Source: an uncultured Candidatus Poseidoniales archaeon (GTDB lineage: Archaea; Thermoplasmatota; Poseidoniia; Poseidoniales; Poseidoniaceae). From it: a stretch of DNA of 64,000 bases. Position numbers and translations under genes: made by a program. Within the stretch, counting starts at the first letter, position 1, and the number at the start of each line of letters is the position of its first letter. Under the pieces are notes generated by a model, which was not told the origin of the DNA, did no database searches, and saw only the letters and a program-made list of their open reading frames with translations. The stretch covers positions 82,595-146,594 of the forward strand of contig CACLCM010000001.1 in NCBI GenBank assembly GCA_902605365.1. The letters run 5' to 3'. Shown here piece by piece: positions 43,719-53,082 of this stretch.

Positions 43719-45325
43719 TATACTTCAACCTCCTTTTTTTCGTCAACATTTTCTTCAGATTGCCCTCTCTTGGCACGCCATAAGAAGCCCAGAGTTAGCA
43801 TAGATGATATTGCTAGTAGAATCAGTATATCTTGAATATCGATAGTAATAGTTCCTTCATCACTAGAGGACGAATCACTAGTCCTTGTATTGTCTGTGGA
43901 TGCAGGTTCTTGCCCAGGGTCGAGAGGCTTGGTATCCAAAGCATCGATAACGCCATCGCCATCATCGTCCATGTCCAGTTTATTGCCAACTCCGTCACCA
44001 TCTGTGTCACGCCATTCGGTGAAATCATTAGGGAATGCATCATCGATATTATTGACGCCATCTCCATCGATATCTAGGTCGATAGAATCAGGCAGGCCAT
44101 CCCCGTCTAAATCTGAAATATACGTTGAATTCAATGGGAATGCATCATCTTCATCCAATATTCCATCATTATCATCATCGGTATCTGCATTGTCACCCAA
44201 GCCGTCACCGTCGTTGTCATTCCATTCTGCTGTATTGAATGGGAAAGCATCTAGAGAATCGATTACGCCATCATTATCATCATCGATATCGGCATTATCT
44301 CCAACAGCATCTCCATCAAAATTGAATTGTTCTTGTGGGTCCAATGGGAATGCATCATTTACATCCAATACGCCATCTCCATCATCATCATCATCGTCAG
44401 AATCTGGAGTTCCATCTCCATCTAGGTCAACTATCACTTCGACATAATCTGTCTCAGAATCTTCAGAATCCGGAGTTCCATCATTATCGTCGTCAAGGTC
44501 AGCGTTATCTCCAATTCCGTCTCCATCATGGTCCGCGGATTCGGTTGGGTCTAGAGGGAATGCATCTTCTGAGTCGACGACTCCATCTCCATCATCATCC
44601 ACGTCTGCCGTGTTTCCTAATCCGTCATTATCGGTATCTTGCCACTCAGATGCATCTTTCGGGAAAGCATCATCTTCGTCAGGAACACCATCATTATCAT
44701 CATCAGGATCTGCATTATCTCCGATGCCGTCGTTATCATTGTTGTATTGCTCAGAGCTATCTTTAGGATATGCATCTTCACTATCGCTGACATTATCATT
44801 ATCATCATCACTGTCAGCATTGTCTCCTACACCGTCACCATCTGTGTCTTCATGCTCGTTTGGATTGTAAGGGAATGCGTCTTGTTGGTCGCTTACTCCA
44901 TCATTATCATCATCGGAATCGACATCATCATTTTGTCCATCATTGTCTGAATCTTGACCTGATGAGCCTCCGTTTCCTGAATTACCATTGCCATTGTTAC
45001 CATTCTCGTCGTCATCGTCGTCGTCGTCATCGTCGTCATCGTCGTCATCATCGTCGTCATCTTCCCGGCCTTCGCATTCACCAGGGTAATCACTGTCGTC
45101 AGGGTCGTCTTCATCATCCCATTCACATAGGCTGTCTGAATTACACGATGATTCAGAGCTGTAGGTTTCTTCACAATAATCATCATCGCCATCTCTTCCG
45201 GACGTGTCAAACAATTCATCACGAACATCTAATGAACTCATTTCCATAACAGAAATCGGTGCAGTAAAAAGTAAAATGATTAGAATCCAAATAGCGGCTA
45301 GATTTCTCATCATGAAGAATCCCAA
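43718..45325 (-). CDS. Secreted Ca-binding protein: signal, Cys-rich cap, poly-Asp run, ten thrombospondin type-3-like units, C-terminal TM anchor
   Basis: Signal NLAAIWILIILLFTAPISV. A run of about 19 consecutive Asp follows. There are ten units of the form DxDGDGxGDNADxDDDNDGxxDxxDAFP. TM helix ILILLAISSMLTLGFLW. Confidence 0.85.
   Translation of the reverse strand: MGFFMMRNLAAIWILIILLFTAPISVMEMSSLDVRDELFDTSGRDGDDDYCEETYSSESSCNSDSLCEWDDEDDPDDSDYPGECEGREDDDDDDDDDDDDDDDDDDENGNNGNGNSGNGGSSGQDSDNDGQNDDVDSDDDNDGVSDQQDAFPYNPNEHEDTDGDGVGDNADSDDDNDNVSDSEDAYPKDSSEQYNNDNDGIGDNADPDDDNDGVPDEDDAFPKDASEWQDTDNDGLGNTADVDDDGDGVVDSEDAFPLDPTESADHDGDGIGDNADLDDDNDGTPDSEDSETDYVEVIVDLDGDGTPDSDDDDDDGDGVLDVNDAFPLDPQEQFNFDGDAVGDNADIDDDNDGVIDSLDAFPFNTAEWNDNDGDGLGDNADTDDDNDGILDEDDAFPLNSTYISDLDGDGLPDSIDLDIDGDGVNNIDDAFPNDFTEWRDTDGDGVGNKLDMDDDGDGVIDALDTKPLDPGQEPASTDNTRTSDSSSSDEGTITIDIQDILILLAISSMLTLGFLWRAKRGQSEENVDEKKEVEV
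43935..44935 (-). repeat. Coding tandem array of ten TSP3-like units
   Basis: Nine units end in DA(F/Y)P(x)D and one in DSETD. The array produces many spurious repeat-shadow ORFs in other frames and on the plus strand. Confidence 0.85.
45005..45062 (-). repeat. Coding GAY trinucleotide repeat (poly-Asp)
   Basis: Plus strand reads ctcgtcgtcatcgtcgtcgtcgtcatcgtcgtcatcgtcgtcatcatcgtcgtcatc. Confidence 0.9.
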
Positions 45326-45403
45326 ATGGTACTGGTATATATTTAGGACTCCCTAAAATGAGTCATAAGATGATAGAGGATTTTCTTGATTAGAAGGTAG
45401 AAG

Positions 45404-45476
45404 TAGTCTCTCCCGGATTTGAACCGAGGTCTGCGGGACCAGAACCCACAATGATGGACCGCTACACTAAGAGACT
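45404..45476 (-). tRNA. tRNA-Gln (CTG), no encoded CCA
   Basis: The reverse complement is AGTCTCTTAGTGTAGCGGTCCATCATTGTGGGTTCTGGTCCCGCAGACCTCGGTTCAAATCCGGGAGAGACTA. Acceptor stem is AGTCTCT/AGAGACT with the A1:U72 pair typical of archaeal tRNA-Gln. Anticodon loop is TTCTGGT. Confidence 0.85.
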
Positions 45477-45525
45477 AGCAGACGAGCCAAAAGCCTCTCA
45501 TTCTTCAAGTAAGCGGTTTGAAATT

Positions 45526-46572
45526 TCAACCACGTAGTGCAGCAATAACATCTTCAAGTTGTTCAGGAGATGGCCTTAGTAGGTCTTCTCCCATTTCGAC
45601 TAGAGGTGTGTCGTGCAAATCTAAATCTACGTCAAGAGAGGGCTTTTCTCCATCGAAATAGAGTATGCCTGTGACGTGCTTTTTGTCTGCATCTGCTTTG
45701 TGAAGTGCGGATAAAGCTGCAACAGCATCAGATATATCGTGATCTTCTGAGATTGTTTCCAGCCTCATAGTTGAGCCATCGTGAAGAGTCACGTCTGTAT
45801 AAGAACCAGCAGGAACTTCTACTTGTTCTAGTGGTGAGAAGTGAGGTATATATCCCACAGAGTGTAATTCTGCTTGATTGTCCTTCACATATCCATACGA
45901 ACGCAAAGATTCATCATTATTGTTGAATGTAACACAAGGGCTGATTATGTCAATCAATGCGAACCCTTTGTGAGAAATTGCCGCTTTCATCAAAGCAGTG
46001 AGTTGTTTCTTGGAACCGCTAAAAGAACGTGCTACAAATGAGCACCCTAGGTTGATTGCCATGGCACACAAATCAATTGGCTGAGTTTCATTTACTGGTC
46101 CCTTCTTCTTTTTTGAGCCAACATCGGCTGTTGCTGAATATTGGCCTTTTGTTAGACCATAAACTCCGTTGTTTTCAACGACGTAAACCATATTCACATT
46201 GCGCCTAATCGCATGAATAAGTTGTCCAATACCAATCGATGCAGAATCTCCGTCTCCCGAAACTCCAATGTAAGTCAGGTCTTTGTTTACAACATTAGCT
46301 CCAGTTGTAACGGATGGCATTCTGCCGTGGACTGTATTGAATCCATGTGATTTCCCTAGGTAGTAGGCAGGAGTTTTACTTGAGCATCCAATTCCGCTCA
46401 TTTTAGCAATTCTATGTGGTTGTAATCCGTTATCCCACGCTGCGGTTACAATGACGTTTGAAATTTGATCATGCCCACAGCCGGGGCAAAGTGAGGATTT
46501 CCCTCCTGTGTAGGAGTCTTTTGGCTCGTTAATGACGTTGAGTTTAACGACCTTTACTCGCTTTTCACTCAT
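45526..46572 (-). CDS. korB: 2-oxoacid:ferredoxin oxidoreductase, beta (TPP-binding) subunit
   Basis: CPGCGH, IGVSGDGDSASIGIGQLIH (TPP motif) and VYVVENNGVYGLTKGQ are present. It overlaps the alpha subunit by 4 nt. Confidence 0.85.
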   Translation of the reverse strand: MSEKRVKVVKLNVINEPKDSYTGGKSSLCPGCGHDQISNVIVTAAWDNGLQPHRIAKMSGIGCSSKTPAYYLGKSHGFNTVHGRMPSVTTGANVVNKDLTYIGVSGDGDSASIGIGQLIHAIRRNVNMVYVVENNGVYGLTKGQYSATADVGSKKKKGPVNETQPIDLCAMAINLGCSFVARSFSGSKKQLTALMKAAISHKGFALIDIISPCVTFNNNDESLRSYGYVKDNQAELHSVGYIPHFSPLEQVEVPAGSYTDVTLHDGSTMRLETISEDHDISDAVAALSALHKADADKKHVTGILYFDGEKPSLDVDLDLHDTPLVEMGEDLLRPSPEQLEDVIAALRG

Positions 46573-48422
46573 ATCTCTGCCTCCTCAAGTACCTCTAATA
46601 TTCGTTCGGCATATAGTCTGCCCCTTGGAGGCATTCCATCGCTGTATGCTACGCTTAGCATTTTGCTAAGTAGGTGAAGTGGGTATTCTTTTCTCATAAT
46701 TCCATATAATTGTGCATCTCTATTGATTTCAACAACAATTATTTTGTCGTGTTTTTCCATAAATGCTTCAACTTCGCTGTGAAGTGGTAGCGCTCTAATT
46801 CTGCAAGTGCTGATTTTCTTCCCCGAGTTTTCTTCAACGATGTCTTCTATTTCATCAATTGTATTTTCCATTGAACCATAAAAAATTACGCCTAATTCCT
46901 GCTCTTCATCCTCTTTTATTATGGGGGCAGGCAGGTAATCCCTAGCTCCGTCGATTTTACGTCCTAGTCTTTGCATGAGTTTGTAGTAAACATCGGGCTT
47001 TTCGGAATATGTTCCGTCTTCGTCATGGCCAGTTCCGCGGTATAGGATTGGGTCTAAGCCAGATCCTGGTAGTGTTCTGTATGGGATTCCGTCACCATCG
47101 ACATCACGGTATCTGCCGTAGTTTTCGATAGAATCCATTTGCTCTTGTGTTAACACAACCTTTCCTCTGTCTATGGACTCGTCAGGATATTCAAATCCAC
47201 GGCAGGCCCATTTGTTCATTCCTAAGTCTAGATCTGAGAACCCAAATACTGGTGTTTGGTATTTTTCAGAGGCATCGAAAACCTTCCAGCCAAATTCGAA
47301 GCATTCTTCTACCGTTCCTGGAATAAATACAATGTGTTTTGTATCGCCGTGACTGCTCTCATAAACCATAGTTAAGTCTCCTTGTTGGGTTCTAGTTGGT
47401 AAGCCCGTAGATGGCCCAACTCTGTTAACATCCCAAAATACACAAGGCACTTCTGCGAAATATGCGAGTCCAATGAACTCTTGCATCAATGAAATACCTG
47501 GTCCGGAGGTTGCAGTAAGGCCTCTAGCACCTGCCCAACCAGCACCAATAATCATTCCAGCTGCAGCTAATTCATCCTCAGCCTGTATAACGGCGTAAGT
47601 TGCTTTTCCTTCATGGGTTCTGAGTTTCGGCAGCCACGAAATAATCCCTTCGGCTACGCTTGAGGAGGGTGTAATTGGATACCAACCCAGCATTTGTATG
47701 CCGCCAAACACTGAGCCTAATGCTATGGCCTCATTTCCTTCAATAAAGAATCCGCCTTCTTCAATTTCTCTTGATTCAACTGCATAATTGTCGCTCTTCG
47801 TCAATTCTTCAGCAAAATATGCTCTTCCCAATCTAGCAGCTTCTCCGTTAAGTTCGATGGCCTTTGCTTTTCCACCGAATTGCTTCGAGATTGCTGCTTC
47901 AAGAACTTCTTGATCCATGCCTAAAAGTTCAGCAAGAACTCCCACATAAACGACGTTGGCAATCATTCTAGCCAACTTTGGGTTGAGTTTCCTTGCGATT
48001 TTGGTCATCGGTACAGGATAGGAGATTACATCTTCCCGCTCCATTGGCATTTTAGAATCCATATTCCAGATAACTACCGTGCCCGGTTCTAGGGAAGCCA
48101 AATCTTCTTCCCAAGTTGCAGGGTTAACAAGAATTTGGATGTGAGTTCTATCGCCGGGAGCCTGATATCCCTTTTCTGATAGTCTAACAATATACCAAGT
48201 TGGAAGACCGGATATGTTTGAGGGAAACAAATTCTTGCCACTGACTGGGATTCCCATGTCGAAAAGAGTCTGCAGGAGGATTAGGTTTGCAGACTGTGAA
48301 CCGGTACCATTTGCCGTTGCTATATTTATGGTAAAATCATTTACAACTTGGTCCATTTCGGCTTGCCACCTCTGCGCCCCCCCTAACGGGGAGTCTTCCA
48401 CTGGCCCCTTGCGTTGGCCCAC
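46569..48422 (-). CDS. korA: 2-oxoacid:ferredoxin oxidoreductase, fused gamma-alpha subunit
   Basis: The N-terminus INIATANGTGSQSAN is the gamma-type domain. The alpha domain is GNEAIALG...YPITPSS...ATSGPGISLMQE. Possible later start at 48356 (MDQVVNDF). Confidence 0.85.
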   Translation of the reverse strand: MGQRKGPVEDSPLGGAQRWQAEMDQVVNDFTINIATANGTGSQSANLILLQTLFDMGIPVSGKNLFPSNISGLPTWYIVRLSEKGYQAPGDRTHIQILVNPATWEEDLASLEPGTVVIWNMDSKMPMEREDVISYPVPMTKIARKLNPKLARMIANVVYVGVLAELLGMDQEVLEAAISKQFGGKAKAIELNGEAARLGRAYFAEELTKSDNYAVESREIEEGGFFIEGNEAIALGSVFGGIQMLGWYPITPSSSVAEGIISWLPKLRTHEGKATYAVIQAEDELAAAGMIIGAGWAGARGLTATSGPGISLMQEFIGLAYFAEVPCVFWDVNRVGPSTGLPTRTQQGDLTMVYESSHGDTKHIVFIPGTVEECFEFGWKVFDASEKYQTPVFGFSDLDLGMNKWACRGFEYPDESIDRGKVVLTQEQMDSIENYGRYRDVDGDGIPYRTLPGSGLDPILYRGTGHDEDGTYSEKPDVYYKLMQRLGRKIDGARDYLPAPIIKEDEEQELGVIFYGSMENTIDEIEDIVEENSGKKISTCRIRALPLHSEVEAFMEKHDKIIVVEINRDAQLYGIMRKEYPLHLLSKMLSVAYSDGMPPRGRLYAERILEVLEEAEI

Positions 48423-48500
48423 GCTCTTTGAATGTGTTGATGGTATTTCACAATTTTAAGTAAGGGTAGGCCTCAAAACTGAAAGCAGTTTCGGGGTATC

Positions 48501-49571
48501 ATGGCCGATGAGTCAATTGCCCAAGCATGGAAAGAAGCAGAAGCTCTACTTGGTAAGGGTAAAACCAATGGTGCACTAGATCTTTTACGAAAGGCAGACC
48601 CAGATGGTAAAGAGGCAACTACGCTCCGTTTAGCAGGCCAAGCTGTGTATCTTCAAGCTGGTAAAAGTAATTCAAAATCTGATTACCGTAAGGCTGCAAA
48701 ATTACTTAGAGATTCAGTGAGTCTTAACCCTAGAGATAAGCAATCGAGCGCTCTTTACAATCAAATCCGCAATGAAATGCAAGATAAGCACATTTCTGAA
48801 ACATTGATTCCTCGTATGATGAATAACGGAACTCCAACTCCAGCTGGAATATTCGCCGTAGTTGTATCACTATTGCTAATTCTGGCCGCATTACAATTTG
48901 TAACCGGTAGTGACGAGTTTGAGGACGGAGAAGCAGTAATGACAATTTCCTGGACAAATAGCGTTGGCGAGGTACAAGTCGAGGAGATTACGATAGCCTT
49001 GCATCGTGCTGAGGCACCTATCCATGTTGAGAATTTTATCTTACTATCCAATTCGGGTAAGTACGACGATGTCTTGTTCCACAGAGTTATCGATGGATTC
49101 ATGATTCAAGGTGGCGACTTTGAGATGAATAGCGGTTCTGGTGGCTATACTGCTAAGTGGTATGGGTATTGTAACGGCCAGACTACGGATTCTTCAGGAG
49201 CAGATTACACTGCGGAAACATGTCAAATCAATCAGTGGTCACTTCCAGGTGAGCATGAAAATGGTCTCAAGCACAAGGGTGGATCTCTTGCTGCTGCACA
49301 TGCAGGATTGAATACAGATGGTTCTCAATTCTATATCGTGCCTAGTGATTCTGCTCCAACTTGGTTGGATTGGAATGAAGGCAAAGACTGTTCTCAAGAG
49401 TCTTGTCACACTGTATACGGGACAGTAACTGACGGCTTGGAATACATTGATGCGATTTCAAATGTTCAAACTAGTCAAGGTGACAAGCCAGTAGATGATG
49501 TAACACTTGTATCCGTTGAGATTACCGATGAGGGAATCGTCGATGACAAGCCATGGTACCAATTCTGGTGA
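48501..49571 (+). CDS. Membrane-anchored cyclophilin-type peptidyl-prolyl isomerase (N-terminal helical/TPR-like region, TM, extracellular PPIase)
   Basis: FHRVIDGFMIQGGDF and GSLAAAHAGLNTDGSQFYIV are cyclophilin motifs. TM helix GIFAVVVSLLLILAALQFV precedes the catalytic domain. Confidence 0.8.
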   Translation: MADESIAQAWKEAEALLGKGKTNGALDLLRKADPDGKEATTLRLAGQAVYLQAGKSNSKSDYRKAAKLLRDSVSLNPRDKQSSALYNQIRNEMQDKHISETLIPRMMNNGTPTPAGIFAVVVSLLLILAALQFVTGSDEFEDGEAVMTISWTNSVGEVQVEEITIALHRAEAPIHVENFILLSNSGKYDDVLFHRVIDGFMIQGGDFEMNSGSGGYTAKWYGYCNGQTTDSSGADYTAETCQINQWSLPGEHENGLKHKGGSLAAAHAGLNTDGSQFYIVPSDSAPTWLDWNEGKDCSQESCHTVYGTVTDGLEYIDAISNVQTSQGDKPVDDVTLVSVEITDEGIVDDKPWYQFW

Positions 49572-49621
49572 TTTGTTCTTTCTAGGCACATTGATATGAT
49601 TCGGCCTACCGCTGTCGCTCT

Positions 49622-52276
49622 ATGAGCGACTCGGGGCCCTTCTCTTCGAAGAGAGATTTCCCATTAGGTGGGATATATCATGCCCTAGATTCTTTAGATG
49701 AATCTGGACTCGATACCTCTTCGCTACCTTACTCGATTAGAGTTCTCCTAGAAGGTGCACTGAGGAATTGCGACGGCTTCTTAATCACCGAAAAAGATGT
49801 TCGTAATATCGCAGATTGGAAGGCGAATGGGGAACGTGGAGAAATACCTTTCAGGCCTTCAAGAGTAATCCTTCAAGATTTTACTGGCGTTCCGGCGGTA
49901 GTAGATTTAGCAGCATTGAGAGATGCGATGGTCGAGATGGGTGGAGACCCAGAAAAGGTAAATCCACAGGTGCCAGTAGACTTGGTGATAGACCATTCTG
50001 TGCAGGTAGATGTTTCAGGTTCTAACACACAAGCTCTTGAATTAAATTTGGATATTGAATATCATCGAAATATGGAGAGATATACCTTCCTAAAATGGGG
50101 TCAACAATCACTAGAAAACTTTCGTGCAGTTCCACCCTCAAGAGGTATTGTTCATCAAGTAAATCTTGAATGGATAGCAACGGTTGCTCGCCAAGAAAAT
50201 GGTGTATGGTTGCCTGATTCATTAGTGGGTACAGATTCACACACTACAATGATCAACGGACTTGGAGTCCTTGGCTGGGGAGTGGGTGGAATCGAGGCTG
50301 AAGCGGTTATGCTTGGACAGCCGATTTACATGCTCTCTCCAGATGTTGTAGGTTTCAGACTTAATGGAGCATTGAACTCGGGAGTTACTGCTACAGATAT
50401 GACTTTGAGAATCGTTGAGATGTTGCGTGAGCATGGAGTTGTTGGTAAATTCGTTGAATTCTTCGGGCAAGGAATGGCGGCACTATCGCTTCCTGACCGC
50501 GCAACTATTGCTAATATGGCACCTGAATACGGTGCAACGTGTGGTTTCTTCCCCGTTGATGATAACACCCTTGAATACATGCGATTATCTGGTCGAGATG
50601 ATGATGATGTAGCGAGTGTTGAAGCCTACTGCAAAGCCCAAGGGCTGTGGTATGATTCATCCTCTCCAGAAAAGAGTTACACCGCAGTTTTAGAACTCGA
50701 CCTTTCAACAGTTCAACCCGCTTTAGCCGGTCCAAAAAGACCTCAAGACAGGGTCGATTTGTCTAATATGGCACAACATTTCAAAGAATCTCTAACCCAT
50801 GAAGTAGGGCATAGCGGTCACGGTTTATCCGAATCTGATTTATCCAAATCTGCCCTAGTTGGTGATGAATACGACTTGAATCACGGCGATGTTGTAATTG
50901 CGGCAATTACCTCTTGTACCAATACTTCCAATCCAGGTGTAATGTTGGCTGCTGGATTATTGGCTCGTAATGCTAGAGAACTTGGGCTATCGGTCAAACC
51001 ATGGGTAAAGACATCATTAGCTCCTGGTTCCAGAGTAGTTACTGATTATTATGAGGCTAATGGATTAGATGAAGACCTTGCAGCATTAGGCTTCAACAAT
51101 GTTGGATATGGTTGTACTACATGTATTGGTAATTCAGGACCACTTCCAGAAGAAATAGAGGCTGCTATCGATGAGTCAGGACTTATCGTAGGTTCTGTCA
51201 TCTCTGGTAACCGTAACTTCGAGGGCAGAGTCCATCAGAAAGTCAAGGCTTCATATCTATCAAGTCCGCCATTGGTTGTAGCATATGCATTAGCAGGTAG
51301 TTTGAACGTTGATTTAGTAACTGAACCTTTAGGAATCTCTACCGATGGTAATCCAGTAATGCTTGATGATGTATGGCCTAGTGATGAGCAATTATCGGCT
51401 GCTTTGTCTAAAATAAATCCTGAAATGTTCCGTGAGAAATATTCCACAGTTATGCAAGAGCCAAGGTGGGATTCAATTCCTAGCGAAGCATCACCGCTAT
51501 ACCCATGGCAAGAAGATTCAACATACATTCGACTACCAAGTTTCTTCCAAGGCTTGTCAAAAGAGGCCGATCCAATTCAACCTATTGTTGGAGCAAAGGT
51601 CTTACTGAAATTAGGAGATTCAATCACAACTGACCACATCTCCCCTGCTGGAGCATTCCCCGCTGAGGGTCCAGCTGGTAAATGGCTGATAGAAAGAGGG
51701 GTCAATAAAGGAGATTTCAACTCATTTGGAAGTCGCCGTGGTAATCATGAAATCATGATGCGTGGGACTTTTGCAAATGTTAGAGTGAAAAATCAAATGG
51801 CGCCTGGAACAGAAGGAGGATATGCACTAAACCATGAAACTGGTGAAATAACCTCTGTGTTTGAAGCCGCTATGGCTAGCGATACTCCAATGGTGGTTTT
51901 GGCTGGCTCTCAATATGGAACTGGCAGTAGTAGAGATTGGGCTGCAAAAGGAACTTATTTGTTGGGTGTAAAAGCCGTAATAGCAACTTCCTTTGAGAGA
52001 ATCCATCGTTCTAATTTGGTTGGAATGGGTGTTTTACCATTGACTTTCAAGGAGGGCGAGAGTGCAGATACTTTGGGATTAGATGGCACTGAGTCATTCG
52101 ATATCCCGGTTATGGATGATGTCGAGGCACTCCAAGAATTGACAGTTACTGCCAACAAATCAGATGGTAGTACCGTGATATTTACTACTGATGTGAGACT
52201 AGATACTCCTGTTGAAGTTGACTATTATCGCAACGGTGGTATACTGCATACAGTTCTAAGAAAACTAGCATTGTGA
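49622..52276 (+). CDS. acnA: Aconitate hydratase (AcnA/IRP type)
   Basis: 884 aa. LQDFTGVPAVVDLA, VGTDSHTTM, ITSCTNTSNP and CTTCIGNSG (Fe-S ligand motifs) are present, with the C-terminal swivel domain. Confidence 0.95.
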   Translation: MSDSGPFSSKRDFPLGGIYHALDSLDESGLDTSSLPYSIRVLLEGALRNCDGFLITEKDVRNIADWKANGERGEIPFRPSRVILQDFTGVPAVVDLAALRDAMVEMGGDPEKVNPQVPVDLVIDHSVQVDVSGSNTQALELNLDIEYHRNMERYTFLKWGQQSLENFRAVPPSRGIVHQVNLEWIATVARQENGVWLPDSLVGTDSHTTMINGLGVLGWGVGGIEAEAVMLGQPIYMLSPDVVGFRLNGALNSGVTATDMTLRIVEMLREHGVVGKFVEFFGQGMAALSLPDRATIANMAPEYGATCGFFPVDDNTLEYMRLSGRDDDDVASVEAYCKAQGLWYDSSSPEKSYTAVLELDLSTVQPALAGPKRPQDRVDLSNMAQHFKESLTHEVGHSGHGLSESDLSKSALVGDEYDLNHGDVVIAAITSCTNTSNPGVMLAAGLLARNARELGLSVKPWVKTSLAPGSRVVTDYYEANGLDEDLAALGFNNVGYGCTTCIGNSGPLPEEIEAAIDESGLIVGSVISGNRNFEGRVHQKVKASYLSSPPLVVAYALAGSLNVDLVTEPLGISTDGNPVMLDDVWPSDEQLSAALSKINPEMFREKYSTVMQEPRWDSIPSEASPLYPWQEDSTYIRLPSFFQGLSKEADPIQPIVGAKVLLKLGDSITTDHISPAGAFPAEGPAGKWLIERGVNKGDFNSFGSRRGNHEIMMRGTFANVRVKNQMAPGTEGGYALNHETGEITSVFEAAMASDTPMVVLAGSQYGTGSSRDWAAKGTYLLGVKAVIATSFERIHRSNLVGMGVLPLTFKEGESADTLGLDGTESFDIPVMDDVEALQELTVTANKSDGSTVIFTTDVRLDTPVEVDYYRNGGILHTVLRKLAL

Positions 52277-52316
52277 GACCGGTGGGTTGATTTCCCCTCG
52301 CCCTTAGGGAGGCCAC

Positions 52317-52964
52317 ATGCAGGAGTTGAAGGGATACGTTCGCTACCGCTTCCGCAGTGAAGAGGAAGACATAGATGTCTTACTCGAAGGTGAGGCGGAT
52401 TGGGTTCGTGGCATTGTTGCTGAACTGGGCTTGAGAAAAGTTGGCTGGATGATGCCAATGGCTGTTGATAGCACAAAAATGACCTCTTCTGGAATTTCTA
52501 ATCAAGACACACATCTACCTTCTGGTAAACCAAAAGACATGGGTCCTGAACCCGATCCATCTCGAATACCAATCATTAGAAGGCCAATCGGTGAACTGAA
52601 TTTAGTTGCAAAACTTGTTGAGGCTGGTTTGGAAAAGCCGCAAAGGCCCACTTCTGACGAATTAAGGTTGCAACTCGAAGATATCGAGGAGCCACATCCG
52701 GCTCAGGGACCTATGGTCGTAGACCCTATGGCCGAATCTTGGTTGAAGGAATTGCTCAGAATAGTGGTCAGAGCCCATGGTGTCACGGCGATTTCTACCG
52801 AAACTATCGCTTTGGCTGCAAGTGATTATCTTGGAGATAGAGAAGGTCTCGAACTCGAACTATTCCTAGAATCTATGTTCAGGGCAGGTAAAATTGTCAA
52901 GGTCCACGGAGGAGATGCGACCGGTTGGGGTCCATCTCCGGCATGGTTATCTTCTGGATTGTGA
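52317..52964 (+). CDS. Hypothetical cytoplasmic protein
   Basis: 215-aa ORF following acnA. I recognise no motif. Confidence 0.5.
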   Translation: MQELKGYVRYRFRSEEEDIDVLLEGEADWVRGIVAELGLRKVGWMMPMAVDSTKMTSSGISNQDTHLPSGKPKDMGPEPDPSRIPIIRRPIGELNLVAKLVEAGLEKPQRPTSDELRLQLEDIEEPHPAQGPMVVDPMAESWLKELLRIVVRAHGVTAISTETIALAASDYLGDREGLELELFLESMFRAGKIVKVHGGDATGWGPSPAWLSSGL

Positions 52965-52987
52965 ATATTTAGTCCAATATTCGATAT

Positions 52988-53030
52988 TGGCGCTAATCGT
53001 TATACTAAGCGCCAGTTTATTTTAATTTCA
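52988..53030 (+). terminator. Hairpin (TGGCGCT-N13-AGCGCCA) followed by T-rich tract
   Basis: 7-bp inverted repeat at 52988-52994 and 53008-53014, then gtttattttaattt. It starts 24 nt after the stop at 52964. Confidence 0.35.
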
Positions 53031-53082
53031 AAACACACCTTCCCAAAGCAATTAAAGTGGTAGTTGAAGTCCGAAGAGACGA

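Noticed and set aside
43822-45249. Many ORFs of 80-185 aa on both strands (Ser/Pro-rich, His-rich, Ile-rich)
   Set aside because: All lie inside the TSP3/poly-Asp gene 43718-45325. They arise because GAY-rich repeats lack stops in other frames. The long acidic frame has a signal peptide, a regular domain grammar and a TM anchor.
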